DNA from: a virus
Lineage: Duplodnaviria; Caudoviricetes
DNA length: 36,811 nucleotides
IMG/VR virus record: IMGVR_UViG_3300017716_001608
Coordinates: 1-36,811 of that record
Strand: one strand, 5' to 3'
Positions 19,607 to 30,015 of the stretch are shown here, piece by piece. The notes under the pieces are model-generated. The model saw only the letters and a list, made by a program, of their open reading frames with translations. It was not told the origin of the DNA and made no database searches. Position numbers and translations under genes: made by a program. Each line of letters opens with the position of its first letter. Position 1 is the stretch's first letter.

Positions 19607-20623
19607 TTAAGAATTCCAGTATGGCTCTACTTTATTAAGTAGTGACATTAATGCTTCTTCATTTTCTGGATTTTTCAAAAATTGTAAACATTCAGAAGGT
19701 GATTTACCTAACTTAATGCCACTATCAATTGGTTCAATCCAACCTCCAGCTTTTGTTGTTATAAATCTATAAAATAAAGAATCTTTTATTAATGCTTTTA
19801 TTTTTAACTCTTCCATTGATAATGTGGCTACATCTAGGAATTGTGTTGCTGCTCTTTTCTTAGAAGACTCAGCTCCATTTCCATTGATATACTCATCCAT
19901 ATTTTCATAAAGAATATCATTGGGTGTACTCTTAATATATTGTGCACTATCTGCATCACAAATTTTAGCTACATACATTAATTTTGCAGCATTAGTATCA
20001 TACATTTTTTGTAATTCAACTAAAGCTTTATTTTTTAATTTACTAAGTTCAGTTCTTGTACTTAATGTTTCTTCTTGTGTATCAAGATAAAATTTAGGTG
20101 GATTACCCATTTCTCTTGCTTCTCTCAATGATTTTGCTACTATAGAAAAACCACCTGCATAAATTGCTTGTAGTTTAATTAAGTCATAAGGATCTTTATC
20201 TGGATCTAAAAATACAGGATCATTTCCACATCTTAAACTAATCTTATCCCAAAATTTTGAATTATCAGGTTTCATTATTGTTAACTTATTCCAGAATTCT
20301 TTATCTGTTGGATCAACTACATTAGCAGCTAATTCAGCTTCTAATTGAGAAACAAGTTTTCTGATTTCATCAACTTTAATTTTTCTTGCTTTGGGATCTA
20401 ACATCTTTACTTCTGGAGCAAATTCATTAAGACCTGTAATGTAACGTTTAACTCCATTCATTTCTAAACAAGCTAAGTTTTCTTCATGGAATACTCCATC
20501 ATGTAAGGATAGACCATAATGTTCTAATCCCATGTTTTCTTTACCCCTATTAAAATAAGGACGGACAGCAATAGTTTGATTTTTTGTTTGCTGATACTTT
20601 TCTACAATTGTGTAATCGTTCAT
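19607..20623 (-). CDS. conserved capsid-block protein (crAss gene 75-like)
   Basis: 338 aa; FWDKISL...LDPDKDPYDLIK...FLKNPENEE pattern; directly downstream of the MCP. Confidence 0.6.
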   Translation of the reverse strand: MNDYTIVEKYQQTKNQTIAVRPYFNRGKENMGLEHYGLSLHDGVFHEENLACLEMNGVKRYITGLNEFAPEVKMLDPKARKIKVDEIRKLVSQLEAELAANVVDPTDKEFWNKLTIMKPDNSKFWDKISLRCGNDPVFLDPDKDPYDLIKLQAIYAGGFSIVAKSLREAREMGNPPKFYLDTQEETLSTRTELSKLKNKALVELQKMYDTNAAKLMYVAKICDADSAQYIKSTPNDILYENMDEYINGNGAESSKKRAATQFLDVATLSMEELKIKALIKDSLFYRFITTKAGGWIEPIDSGIKLGKSPSECLQFLKNPENEEALMSLLNKVEPYWNS

Positions 20624-20741
20624 GTTTTGGTTTTTAAAATTTAATAATTGTTTCTATTTGTCAAAAGTACATAATTATGTACAAGTTATTATTATTAATA
20701 TTTCTAAAGCAAGATATTATTCTTGCTCTAGTTTATTTGAC

Positions 20742-20969
20742 TTAAGGTGTATAAACAATTTTTAATGTTCCTGCGGTATGATATAAATCACCATCCACTA
20801 ATCCTGCCGCTTTTGCAGCTGCATTATCAGCATAGCTTACACTTACCGTATTTCTAACCCAACTAATTACTTCATTAACATGGAGTAATTTTGCAAGGGC
20901 CGTTGTGTTTTCTTGACCTACATAAGCAGGGTCTTGAAATTTTTGAGTTACTTTTTTTATTTGTGCCAT
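20742..20969 (-). CDS. small putative capsid decoration / head fibre protein
   Basis: 75 aa ending YADNAAAKAAGLVDGDLYHTAGTLKIV, a motif typical of phage fibre-like trimers; follows the MCP. Confidence 0.45.
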   Translation of the reverse strand: MAQIKKVTQKFQDPAYVGQENTTALAKLLHVNEVISWVRNTVSVSYADNAAAKAAGLVDGDLYHTAGTLKIVYTP

Positions 20970-20989
20970 GTTATTTTTATTTTAAAATG

Positions 20990-21023
20990 ACTCAGGTGCT
21001 GATCTTACGGTAAGCACCTGAGT
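20990..21023 (-). terminator. stable hairpin after MCP (weak terminator or RNA-stabilising stem)
   Basis: Perfect 11-bp inverted repeat ACTCAGGTGCT/AGCACCTGAGT; only a short U tract. Confidence 0.6.
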
Positions 21024-21042
21024 ACTGTTTTAATACTTAATG

Positions 21043-22662
21043 TTAGAAAGAACCACCTGTAATAGGATTTCTCATAACAATTTTTAATACCTTGGTAGGA
21101 TCTTTAACCCAGATTGCAGGCATAGTTTGTGACATCATTACACGGTATCCGTTAAAGTTACCTGTTGATGCAAAACCTTGTGTGCGTCCCATGTAATCCA
21201 TAGTTCCATTTTGGTAGAACCATTTCAATTGATTATCCCAAGATAATTTCAACAAATGGATGTTATCATTTCCTTCATCAGTTACATCAAAAATAATGAA
21301 ACTATAAGAGCTCAATGGACGGCCATCAATTAATGGATTCTCAATATCATTAGTATTCAAGTTATCAAACGCTGGGTTCAATACAAACTTAACATTAGCT
21401 AAGAAAGGAATAGTAAATGAAGTGTAAGCAAATCCATAATCTAAATCCATACCAGAACCTTTAACAGCTCCAATATCACTAGCATTTTGAACTAAACCAG
21501 AACCATATACTTCATCAGCAATAGCTTTGTTGATCAATTGCATTCCACCAATACCTGTTTGTACAACAAGTGATCTTTGTGGATCTGGACCTTTGAATTC
21601 AACTTTACCTTGATAGAAATTATACAATTCAGATTTAAACATATCAAGTGTAAATGAAGATTTGTTATATACACGTTTGAATGAGTTATCCAATTGTGAC
21701 CACAAACCTACAGACAATCTGATATCATCAGGACCATCTTGCTTGATACGTCCACCTTTACCCCACATCAAATATGTTTCAATATCTGAAGCAATTTTTG
21801 ATAAGTGAGCGGCTTCCATTTTTGTAAGAAATGTTCTAGAAAGAGAACCATTTTCAAAAGCTTCTCTAGCTCCAGCTTTACCCATGTTAGCAATTAAACC
21901 TTCAATACTTGGTACTGCAGGATCACTAGCATTTTGATTGAAGTTTCTCCAAATTTCAGTTACAGGAACAGTACCATCTGCATTCAAACCACCTTTGATC
22001 ATAAGATCAGCACGGCTAGAAATAGAATAATGTACGTGTGCTTCAGCTCCTCCTACAAAGTTGTAGAATTCACGGAAACCAGAACCTGTTTCAATGTCAG
22101 AAAAACGCTCACCATATTCTCCACGGGCAGAACCCTTACGGAAGAATTTGGTACCTTTAGCCAAATACTTATTATCTAAGCTGGCTACGTTGTTGTTGTT
22201 TACTAATTGAACTGTGTAAATAAAACCGTCACCAGCAGGAATGATATCATCAGCTGTGATGTAAAGTTCTAATCCATTGTACTTGTCATAAGTGATAATA
22301 TCACCATGTCCAAATGTTCTTTTAGAAATTTTAATTTTGAATGTTGTTCCATCTACACCTTTAGTAGCATTAGATGGTTCAATGTCTGCCACAATGTAGG
22401 GAAGATCTTGCGCAATAGGAGTTTGCCATTTGTACTCACCACGTGCATTGTCCACCATGATTGTATTCTTTCCACCAAACGAAGCCATTTGATAAAGAGG
22501 CATTTCAACTTTTTGAGTCATTGCCCATAAATCAACTGGTCCCATATCCATTGGTTCTGCTGAACCAAGCATTTGGGTTAAGTGATAAGAATCAACATGA
22601 GAACTTGCCTTGTAGCTAGTGTCTCTTAGGAAAATCCCATTATTTAATACTGGAGTTGCCAT
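21043..22662 (-). CDS. major capsid protein (crAss-like HK97 fold)
   Basis: 539 aa; portal-scaffold-MCP order; ETYLMWGKG...GLWSQL...QTGIGGMQL...NPAFD motifs; codon usage visibly shifted as for a highly expressed gene. Confidence 0.9.
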   Translation of the reverse strand: MATPVLNNGIFLRDTSYKASSHVDSYHLTQMLGSAEPMDMGPVDLWAMTQKVEMPLYQMASFGGKNTIMVDNARGEYKWQTPIAQDLPYIVADIEPSNATKGVDGTTFKIKISKRTFGHGDIITYDKYNGLELYITADDIIPAGDGFIYTVQLVNNNNVASLDNKYLAKGTKFFRKGSARGEYGERFSDIETGSGFREFYNFVGGAEAHVHYSISSRADLMIKGGLNADGTVPVTEIWRNFNQNASDPAVPSIEGLIANMGKAGAREAFENGSLSRTFLTKMEAAHLSKIASDIETYLMWGKGGRIKQDGPDDIRLSVGLWSQLDNSFKRVYNKSSFTLDMFKSELYNFYQGKVEFKGPDPQRSLVVQTGIGGMQLINKAIADEVYGSGLVQNASDIGAVKGSGMDLDYGFAYTSFTIPFLANVKFVLNPAFDNLNTNDIENPLIDGRPLSSYSFIIFDVTDEGNDNIHLLKLSWDNQLKWFYQNGTMDYMGRTQGFASTGNFNGYRVMMSQTMPAIWVKDPTKVLKIVMRNPITGGSF

Positions 22663-22713
22663 AATTTTTAATTGTTTTTAATTGTTTTTTAATTGTTTAT
22701 ATATTTGTGATTG

Positions 22714-24006
22714 TTAAATCCTTTTGAAAATGTTATTGGTTCTTGGTAATTTTTTAGTTGGTTGTTTTCTTGTTTCTTCATCTTTATCATGAATGCCAAT
22801 AGAACTTGAACTATGATTACCTTGTTCTGTTTTTAGTTTTCTTACTGTTTGTTCAACACTTTGTTGAGCTCCTTTATCCATGATCTTTGCTTTATATCCT
22901 TCTGGATCTTGCAATAACCATAATGCCTCAGATATCAAACCATAATTTGGTTCTACAAATTGGTATTTTTCAAGAAGATGTCCTAACAAATTAGTATTTC
23001 TTCCACTTACAGAAGGATAACTTGGTTGAACTAAACCATTATATAACATGGCTTGAGTTTTTCTATCAACTTTAATATCTCCCAAGTTGCCATCTTTTAA
23101 AGTATCATATACATTTTGCATATAATCTTTTGAAGCTTGTTCTTGCTGTTTTTGTTTTATTTGTTGTTCTTGTACTTTCTTGATAACAATTTGTTCTGCC
23201 ATCTTATCTAATTTTGGTTTAAATTTAGATGCTTGTTGTTCAAGTTTTCCTAAATCTTTCCAAATTTCAATTTCTTCTTCTATTTCATCAGAAGTTCCAT
23301 ATCCTGTAGCATTCAAGTATTCTTTAATAATAATCTCTTGATCTCTTTCAGATTTAATATCTAAATCTCTGGTTTGTTCAACCTGTGCCAATGTAGAAAA
23401 TAATCCTTTTAAATCAGTACCTCCATCTGCAACATATCTTGCTGCAATCTGTAATTCATCAGGTAAGCTGGCAAAAAACTGTTTAGGTGTTTCACGTCTT
23501 ACTTGATTTGCTTTTTCTTCTAAGTTAGCTTCAATTAATTCTTCCCAATCTTTTGCAGTATAATCATCAAAAGCTTTTTCATCATCAAAAGGAACTAATT
23601 TATCTTCCTTAATCATTTTTGAGAATACATCAGAAATTCCTGAAATAGCTTTTCTACCTCTGGTTTCTTTCTTATCATCATCATCATCATCTAAACCATC
23701 TATGATACTCTTTGCATCATCTTTGGTAGTTTTAGAATTCAAATCTTCTTCATCTGCAAGAAGATCTACGGGTGATGCAACTGATTTAATTTTATTAGTT
23801 AAATCATCTGTGTCATCAATATCAGGATCTGCAAATGTAAAATCTGCTTTTTTGTTTATTCCTGAAAAAATGTTGTTTGTAGTCTTTGCATTTTTTCCTG
23901 ATGGTAAAGTAATGTCAGCACCACTTGGCGCTGCATTAAATATCTCATCTAGATTAATGTCTAAAGTTTCTACATTGCTACTCATTGTGTTGTTTTTGGT
24001 ACTCAT
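22714..24006 (-). CDS. putative scaffolding protein (crAss gene 77 position)
   Basis: Highly acidic N-terminus, helical/coiled C-terminus, between portal and MCP. Confidence 0.65.
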   Translation of the reverse strand: MSTKNNTMSSNVETLDINLDEIFNAAPSGADITLPSGKNAKTTNNIFSGINKKADFTFADPDIDDTDDLTNKIKSVASPVDLLADEEDLNSKTTKDDAKSIIDGLDDDDDDKKETRGRKAISGISDVFSKMIKEDKLVPFDDEKAFDDYTAKDWEELIEANLEEKANQVRRETPKQFFASLPDELQIAARYVADGGTDLKGLFSTLAQVEQTRDLDIKSERDQEIIIKEYLNATGYGTSDEIEEEIEIWKDLGKLEQQASKFKPKLDKMAEQIVIKKVQEQQIKQKQQEQASKDYMQNVYDTLKDGNLGDIKVDRKTQAMLYNGLVQPSYPSVSGRNTNLLGHLLEKYQFVEPNYGLISEALWLLQDPEGYKAKIMDKGAQQSVEQTVRKLKTEQGNHSSSSIGIHDKDEETRKQPTKKLPRTNNIFKRI

Positions 24007-24135
24007 CTTATTGTTGGTTTAATAATTAATACTTTATATATATAATATAGTAAATCTTGAGTTATCTAACACTATAATAAACTTATTATATTTGTCAAAA
24101 TTGTAATCTTTTATGCAGTATATAGCTAACTTAAA

Positions 24136-26883
24136 TTATTTATCCTTTGGTTTTTTAACATCATACTTATTTTTATTCTGTATGGCTATATCTAACTGAG
24201 TGTTTGCTATCTGGGTTTGCGCTGCTATTCTTTCTCTTTCAACTTGAAGTTTTTGAGCTTCTGTAGATGATTTACTTACCATTTCTTCACGCTTCATATT
24301 CATTTGCTCTCTATATTGAGTTGTTTGTTGAATATCTTTTAGTGTATCTTGGTAATCATTTACTTTGTTTTCATTTATATCAACACCAGCTCCGTATCCA
24401 GCAGCTCTAATTTCAGCAACCGTTATATCTTTTTGTCTATCTTTTTCTGACTCTGATTGTTCTAATTGAGCTTTCATTTGAGCTTCCTGCGCCTGTGCTT
24501 GTAACTGTTGTTCTTGCATTTGACGTTGTTGTTGCATCTCTTCTTTTCTTTGGTCAGCAATTCTTGCTTCAGCATCTTTAAGAATGTCTGTTACTTCAGC
24601 AATAGAATCAGCTTTAACAATATTTCCAAGTTCAAAAATACTTGCACCAGTTGTATTATTAGTTAAAGCCATTTGTTTTAATTGTTCAAGTATAGCCCTG
24701 TGATTTGTTTTGGTTGTGGCAAATACATTGAAATCTCTTAATAAAAGATCTGTACCATTAATAGTAAAGTTTACTTTATCTGCCTCAGTAGACATATAAC
24801 TTAATCTTATACTAGGTTTTGTACTACAATAGTATTGTGCTAAATCAGTTCTCATCTGATGAATTCTTGGCATTAGTTGATCAGAGTGTTGTGTAAAATA
24901 AATCTCTGTTTGTGCATATGACTGTTGCATAGCATTAATAACACCAGTGGCTGTTTGTGCTGATACAGCACCACCAAGTCTTTGTGGATTAATACCTATT
25001 GCATCAAAACATTGTTGTTTAAAATAATTAGCTAATTGTATTCTACTCATCAATCTACTAGTTTGCTCCATGTTTAGAGTCTGGTAGTGTTGGAAGTTTA
25101 CAGCATTTTCTGTATTAGTAATACTTGTATCTAATGGAAGCATTTGAAAATCCTTCATTGCTACGTATGCTTTAGCATAATTATTTTTACCCCAATCTTC
25201 ACCCATTGAGTGACGTGGTAAAGCATTCTGATCAAACATAATTACAGTACCTAATTCATCTATAAGGATATCTGCAATCTGATTGTTAACCATATTATAT
25301 CCTACTTGATAGGCTTTCATTAAATCTACTAAAGAAGTAGATCTTGTATTTCTATCTGAAAATACCCTTCCTTCTACTGGAAGTTTGCAACCATATAATG
25401 AATTATTGCCTTTAAATTGAAAAGGTAATCTTCCTGGTTTAGTTCTGTTAATACCTAAATAAATAGGATTCAGTCCGTCAGCTGTTGTACCTACCCATGT
25501 AGCTGGAGTATTAGGTCCAACTTTAACACCTCCCCAAACTTCATTTATCCAAATCCAATCAATGTGTTCTCCTTGTAATAAAGTATCCTTTGATTTGTTT
25601 TTAAATATTGATGTATCATAAATAGCTTTCTCAGTTATTCTAAATGTTTCATCTATAATTTCTTGAGTAATTTCACCATCTAATTCAACCTTAGTTAAAT
25701 GACCAACCTTTCTTTGAGTTTTCCAATAAATTGTACATACTCTCATTAAATTACTATCACCAAAATAAGCTAAGTCTTCACTTTGATTTAAAATCTGTGT
25801 TAATATATCCCCACCTTTAACAGGATCTGCCATGTAATTACTTGTATATTGTCTATATGCTAATCCCGGTGAATTTGTATTCCATGCATGTGACTTAGTA
25901 GCATCATAATAAGAACCATCATTTTGGTACCCATTAACCCTATATTGAGCAGAAGTTAAAGGTTGAATTTGTTGTAATGATTCTAATTGTTTATAATCCA
26001 TTAAGTATCCATATCTATCCACTACATCAGATACAGTCATTAAATCAATCTTACCTACATAGGCAGAATCTGATATATATCTTTGATCTGGTGATTTTTG
26101 GTAGAATGTTAAAACAGGATTCCATAATTCAACATCATAATCATCTTCTAACATACGGAAATGCCAAAATTCCCTATCAGCAATAAGCATATCTCTAAAG
26201 CCTCTTTCTTCAAGTTCTTGCATTTTGAATCTTTCCTCATCAATATTAAGTTGATGTGAGGCCCATTCTTCAACAGAACTTCTATATGACTTGCTAAAAA
26301 AATCTTGAATTTCAGGTAATGTCTTAATATTTTCAGGAGCAAGTTGTTGTTTAGCTTCATCAGATGCCGGGTCCATTCCCATTTGAATCATCTTTTGTAC
26401 TAACTTTCTTTCAGCATCTGCAAGTAAAGCTTCTTCAACTTGCATTTTTTTCTGTTCAAGCATCTCATTATAAGACTTGTCATCAACAGCTCTGAATTGA
26501 ACTTTGTTGTATCTTTTGGAAAACTCTCCACTCAATACATTAATTACATTAGGAACAATAGGATAAAATTTAAGTTCTAAAGCAGAATCATTCTCCTTAG
26601 TTAAAACGTCCATTAAATCTTTATAGTCATTATCAGGCTCAACTATGTAGTCTGATTTATCTATAATACCTTTAGCTAATTTATAATTTTTTAGAAGCCT
26701 TCTGGCATTAACTCTTAAAAATTGTATTCCTTGTAATTCTAACCAATCTAAATTCCAAGAGGCCCAATCATCTGTTTTTTCAGCATATGGTAAAAACTGA
26801 ATAGGTTGTGTAAGATTAGAAAAGGATGCACCTTGTTCTTTTCTTGCACCGGCTTTCAATTGCATTGCATTAAGTACTTTCAT
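24136..26883 (-). CDS. portal protein
   Basis: 915 aa after terL; FYPIVPNVINVLSGE, WIWINEVW, SLVDLMKAYQ, GINPQRLG and a Gln-rich C-terminal barrel helix. Confidence 0.9.
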   Translation of the reverse strand: MKVLNAMQLKAGARKEQGASFSNLTQPIQFLPYAEKTDDWASWNLDWLELQGIQFLRVNARRLLKNYKLAKGIIDKSDYIVEPDNDYKDLMDVLTKENDSALELKFYPIVPNVINVLSGEFSKRYNKVQFRAVDDKSYNEMLEQKKMQVEEALLADAERKLVQKMIQMGMDPASDEAKQQLAPENIKTLPEIQDFFSKSYRSSVEEWASHQLNIDEERFKMQELEERGFRDMLIADREFWHFRMLEDDYDVELWNPVLTFYQKSPDQRYISDSAYVGKIDLMTVSDVVDRYGYLMDYKQLESLQQIQPLTSAQYRVNGYQNDGSYYDATKSHAWNTNSPGLAYRQYTSNYMADPVKGGDILTQILNQSEDLAYFGDSNLMRVCTIYWKTQRKVGHLTKVELDGEITQEIIDETFRITEKAIYDTSIFKNKSKDTLLQGEHIDWIWINEVWGGVKVGPNTPATWVGTTADGLNPIYLGINRTKPGRLPFQFKGNNSLYGCKLPVEGRVFSDRNTRSTSLVDLMKAYQVGYNMVNNQIADILIDELGTVIMFDQNALPRHSMGEDWGKNNYAKAYVAMKDFQMLPLDTSITNTENAVNFQHYQTLNMEQTSRLMSRIQLANYFKQQCFDAIGINPQRLGGAVSAQTATGVINAMQQSYAQTEIYFTQHSDQLMPRIHQMRTDLAQYYCSTKPSIRLSYMSTEADKVNFTINGTDLLLRDFNVFATTKTNHRAILEQLKQMALTNNTTGASIFELGNIVKADSIAEVTDILKDAEARIADQRKEEMQQQRQMQEQQLQAQAQEAQMKAQLEQSESEKDRQKDITVAEIRAAGYGAGVDINENKVNDYQDTLKDIQQTTQYREQMNMKREEMVSKSSTEAQKLQVERERIAAQTQIANTQLDIAIQNKNKYDVKKPKDK

Positions 26884-26904
26884 TCTAATTTTTAATTAGT
26901 TAAT

Positions 26905-29091
26905 TTATTTATAATTCTTGAAGCCTGATCTCTTAATTGTTTTGTCAGTATTGTTTCCATTACGCCCAATATTTTTAAAGGGACTATACATTAATTTATA
27001 CAAATTTTTTGAATTATCCAAAGATTTCTCTTCAGATTCACGTCTTTTTGAAAAACCTCTATTAGATTGTTGTATTTTTACAAAAGCAACTAATGCTCCA
27101 AATGCAACTAATCTATCTACGTTAAGTCCGGGGTAGTATGCTAACATCTCTTTTATTAACATTCCATCTGGTATTCTTTCTACCCCTAATGTTTGTTTTG
27201 TAACAACACCATTAAGATCACTTTCCTCATCTATAACCTCTCTTAAAAATTCAATTGCATATGAAATTAAATGGCTTTTAAATAATACGCCTGTATTTTT
27301 CCAGCCATACTCTTGATATACAGTATTGTTTGAACCAAGATCTTTTAAAAATAATATCTGTTGTTTAGGAACTAAATATCTTTGTTTTTTTCTAGCAATC
27401 ATATGTTGAATAAATAGAGATATATTATTTTCCACTATTGTCCATGCATTGTACCATTCTATAATTAATTCTAATCTTTCATGTGTTTTATTTATATCAT
27501 CAAATCTGCCACACCATGATGCTACAATTTTATCTTTCTCTAGAAATTGTTCTACATCTCCAGATATCATAGTTCTTGTAACCTCTGTTGCATTCTTATA
27601 AACAAAAATACTACATAAAGAATCTGATGTTGTAGTCTTACCTTCTGATACAGGGTCAATAGAAGCATAATAGGCTCCAAACTCTGGACTTTTAATAGGT
27701 CTTTCCCAAACCACAATACTTCCTGTTTTATCCACTTGTTTTTTATCTACAGGAAACCTGCTTATTGGTAGCTTACTTGTTCTTTTAGCAAAAACTCCTT
27801 TTTCATCTCTATCCAATTCTAATAATTCATATGGATATTCTTTCTCTTCTATTTTTTTTGCTTGTCTAGATAATATTCCTTGTGGAAATATTGATGCTTT
27901 TCTATAGGCAAATGCTTCTGCTATATTTAATGGTTTTTGAGATATTCTTAATTGAAACTGTTCACCATTTAATTCATTCTTCCATCTTTCTCTTTCAATA
28001 CGTATAGCCTCTTCTGCTTCTTTTACTAAAGAGTTTCCATAGTCATCAATAAAAGGAGGCATTGACCATTGTTCAGGAATAAATAAACCAGCCATACCTA
28101 TTGTTCCATCTGCGTCAATTAAATCTGTTTCTACAGCATATATATCATTTGCTACTGGATTAGAAATCATTTCCTTTAAAGGATTACATTGTTCTAAATC
28201 TCCAACAGATCCTGCTGCTATAAACATACCTGTAGTCATCATACCAGATGACATTGCAGGACGTAAGTACTCATATGTCTCAGACATTTTTGGTGCTATC
28301 CCTGCTTCTTCATGAAAGAAGTATGTACACGGTCCACCTACTCCGGTAGTTGCATTTTTTTCAAAAGAACCCCCTTGTATTTTTGACTTTAGACCCCTTG
28401 CTGTTTTTCTATTTCCAATTTTTACTTCAATCTGCTGTTGCCAAAGAAGAACTTTTTCTGGATTACTTGGTCTATACCAAGCAGTATGCTCATTTAAGAA
28501 TGTCTTGTATTCATCTAAAAATTTCCAAGAACCTTTATCATTAATAAAATCTTTAAGAGATGCACCAATCTTGCAAATACTTCCTTCCTCAAACCAATAC
28601 GTATTAATAATTTTACCCATGTGAAAATAAGAGGAAGCTATCTGGCGTTTTTTTAATATTGCTGAATGCTTGTCATGTAGTTCTGCAAGTAATTCATATA
28701 ATGCCATGTGATATTGAGCATCTCTTATTTTTGCAAATCCGTATTTTTTTTCTTCTTTATCAAAGATGGGAAGAAAATTTAACCACATGTAATAATCTCT
28801 AGTTAAATACCAGCTTTTATTTCCATCATTATAAATGACTCCATGTCTACATTTATTTTTTTGATCTTCCCAATATGTAGTAAAATCCTTTGACCTAAAT
28901 GGATTATTACAATAAAACCCTTGTGCATTAAACTTTTTAGCTTCCTCATTAAATTTATATGAAAGCTTATTAAATTCATACTGACCAGGAACACTAAATA
29001 TACTTAAAACATATTCAATGAACTCTCCTTTAGTATTAAAGTCCGTGTTGGTCCAATTACCATCTTGATATGTTGGTATTGATTTATACAT
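26905..29091 (-). CDS. terL: terminase large subunit
   Basis: Walker A-like LKKRQIASSY, Walker B FFHEEAG, RNase H-like SIDPV...VENN...NVDRL. Start moved to the ATG at 29091, which overlaps the groES end (ORF track start 29121). Confidence 0.92.
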   Translation of the reverse strand: MYKSIPTYQDGNWTNTDFNTKGEFIEYVLSIFSVPGQYEFNKLSYKFNEEAKKFNAQGFYCNNPFRSKDFTTYWEDQKNKCRHGVIYNDGNKSWYLTRDYYMWLNFLPIFDKEEKKYGFAKIRDAQYHMALYELLAELHDKHSAILKKRQIASSYFHMGKIINTYWFEEGSICKIGASLKDFINDKGSWKFLDEYKTFLNEHTAWYRPSNPEKVLLWQQQIEVKIGNRKTARGLKSKIQGGSFEKNATTGVGGPCTYFFHEEAGIAPKMSETYEYLRPAMSSGMMTTGMFIAAGSVGDLEQCNPLKEMISNPVANDIYAVETDLIDADGTIGMAGLFIPEQWSMPPFIDDYGNSLVKEAEEAIRIERERWKNELNGEQFQLRISQKPLNIAEAFAYRKASIFPQGILSRQAKKIEEKEYPYELLELDRDEKGVFAKRTSKLPISRFPVDKKQVDKTGSIVVWERPIKSPEFGAYYASIDPVSEGKTTTSDSLCSIFVYKNATEVTRTMISGDVEQFLEKDKIVASWCGRFDDINKTHERLELIIEWYNAWTIVENNISLFIQHMIARKKQRYLVPKQQILFLKDLGSNNTVYQEYGWKNTGVLFKSHLISYAIEFLREVIDEESDLNGVVTKQTLGVERIPDGMLIKEMLAYYPGLNVDRLVAFGALVAFVKIQQSNRGFSKRRESEEKSLDNSKNLYKLMYSPFKNIGRNGNNTDKTIKRSGFKNYK

Positions 29092-29488
29092 ATTTAAACT
29101 TAGCAAACACGTCTCCCTCATGTATTAACAAATGTTCTTCATCATTATGCATCATGGTTGTTGGTAGACAATGTTCACTATATTGAATCACATCTCCTAT
29201 CTCAATCTCTGTGATTCCTACACCTACAGCAATTACAGTTCCTTTATTTTCATTTTTTTGAGATGCTTCAGGTATAATTATATTAGTATTTTTAAAATAA
29301 GCATTAGCTTTATTTTGTTTTATTAATAATTTTTTTCCTACTGGTATTACTTGTTGTATCATTTTTTTAGTTTTAATATTTATTTTATCATCAATTGGTT
29401 CATCAATTGGTTCATCAATAAGCTTTAGCTCTACTGTAATTGGCTCATCCCAATAAAGAAAGGTCCACTTTTCTATCTTCTCTTTCAT
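29084..29488 (-). CDS. groES: co-chaperonin GroES (Cpn10); domain starts at ATG 29362
   Basis: IPVGKKLLIK...IIIPE...GTVIAVG...IGDVIQY...LLIHEGDVFA. Confidence 0.8.
   Translation of the reverse strand: MKEKIEKWTFLYWDEPITVELKLIDEPIDEPIDDKINIKTKKMIQQVIPVGKKLLIKQNKANAYFKNTNIIIPEASQKNENKGTVIAVGVGITEIEIGDVIQYSEHCLPTTMMHNDEEHLLIHEGDVFAKFKYV
29389..29419. repeat. 12-nt tandem repeat (CATCAATTGGTT x2.6) encoding IDEP repeats
   Basis: Seen directly in the N-terminal extension of the groES ORF. Confidence 0.85.
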
Positions 29489-30006
29489 TACACCTGATCA
29501 TATGCTAAACCAGCTCCTCCACGCACAGAACTTTCTTGTTCTATTTTCATATCTATTAATGTACCCTTATATGACAACCTAATTTGGTCAAATTTAGATG
29601 CTGCATTTATCATTGAGTTTATGTTACCATCCCTACCATGTTCAATAGCGGTTACTTCCATATATTTGGCAAGTCTATCAAGCATTGATTTAATCCCTTT
29701 GTATGCTCTGAATGTTGGTGTTTCATATAATTTATAACACATATCTAAAGCATATCTTATTTTAATATCTTCAGGAGAATCTTCTAATTGAACTTCTTCA
29801 ATAATAATATCTTCTTTCTCATGTTCTGGAATATTAAAAAAAGGATTCATATCTGGGTTAGGACAACTCATATAAAATATGTATTGGTAAACTTTTAAAT
29901 ATGTATCTGGATATTCATCCATTATAATTTTTAAGAAAGGTAAAGCATAGCAATGTTCTGATGGAATTACTTTACTATTTTGTATATCAAATAATCTTAT
30001 TAACAT
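29488..30006 (-). CDS. conserved protein upstream of terminase; candidate small terminase subunit
   Basis: 172 aa, helical C-terminus ending VRGGAGLAYD; position suggestive, function inferred. Confidence 0.45.
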   Translation of the reverse strand: MLIRLFDIQNSKVIPSEHCYALPFLKIIMDEYPDTYLKVYQYIFYMSCPNPDMNPFFNIPEHEKEDIIIEEVQLEDSPEDIKIRYALDMCYKLYETPTFRAYKGIKSMLDRLAKYMEVTAIEHGRDGNINSMINAASKFDQIRLSYKGTLIDMKIEQESSVRGGAGLAYDQV

Positions 30007-30015
30007 AGTTTATAT

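Noticed and set aside
22700-24094. Plus-strand TATATTTG at 22700-22707 and 24087-24094 as antisense promoters
   Set aside because: A six-informative-base motif is expected by chance in AT-rich intergenic DNA; no other support
21043-29091. Introns, inteins or stop-codon recoding in terL, portal or MCP (frequent in crAss-like phages)
   Set aside because: All three are continuous under the standard code, of expected size, with no intein or homing-endonuclease motifs
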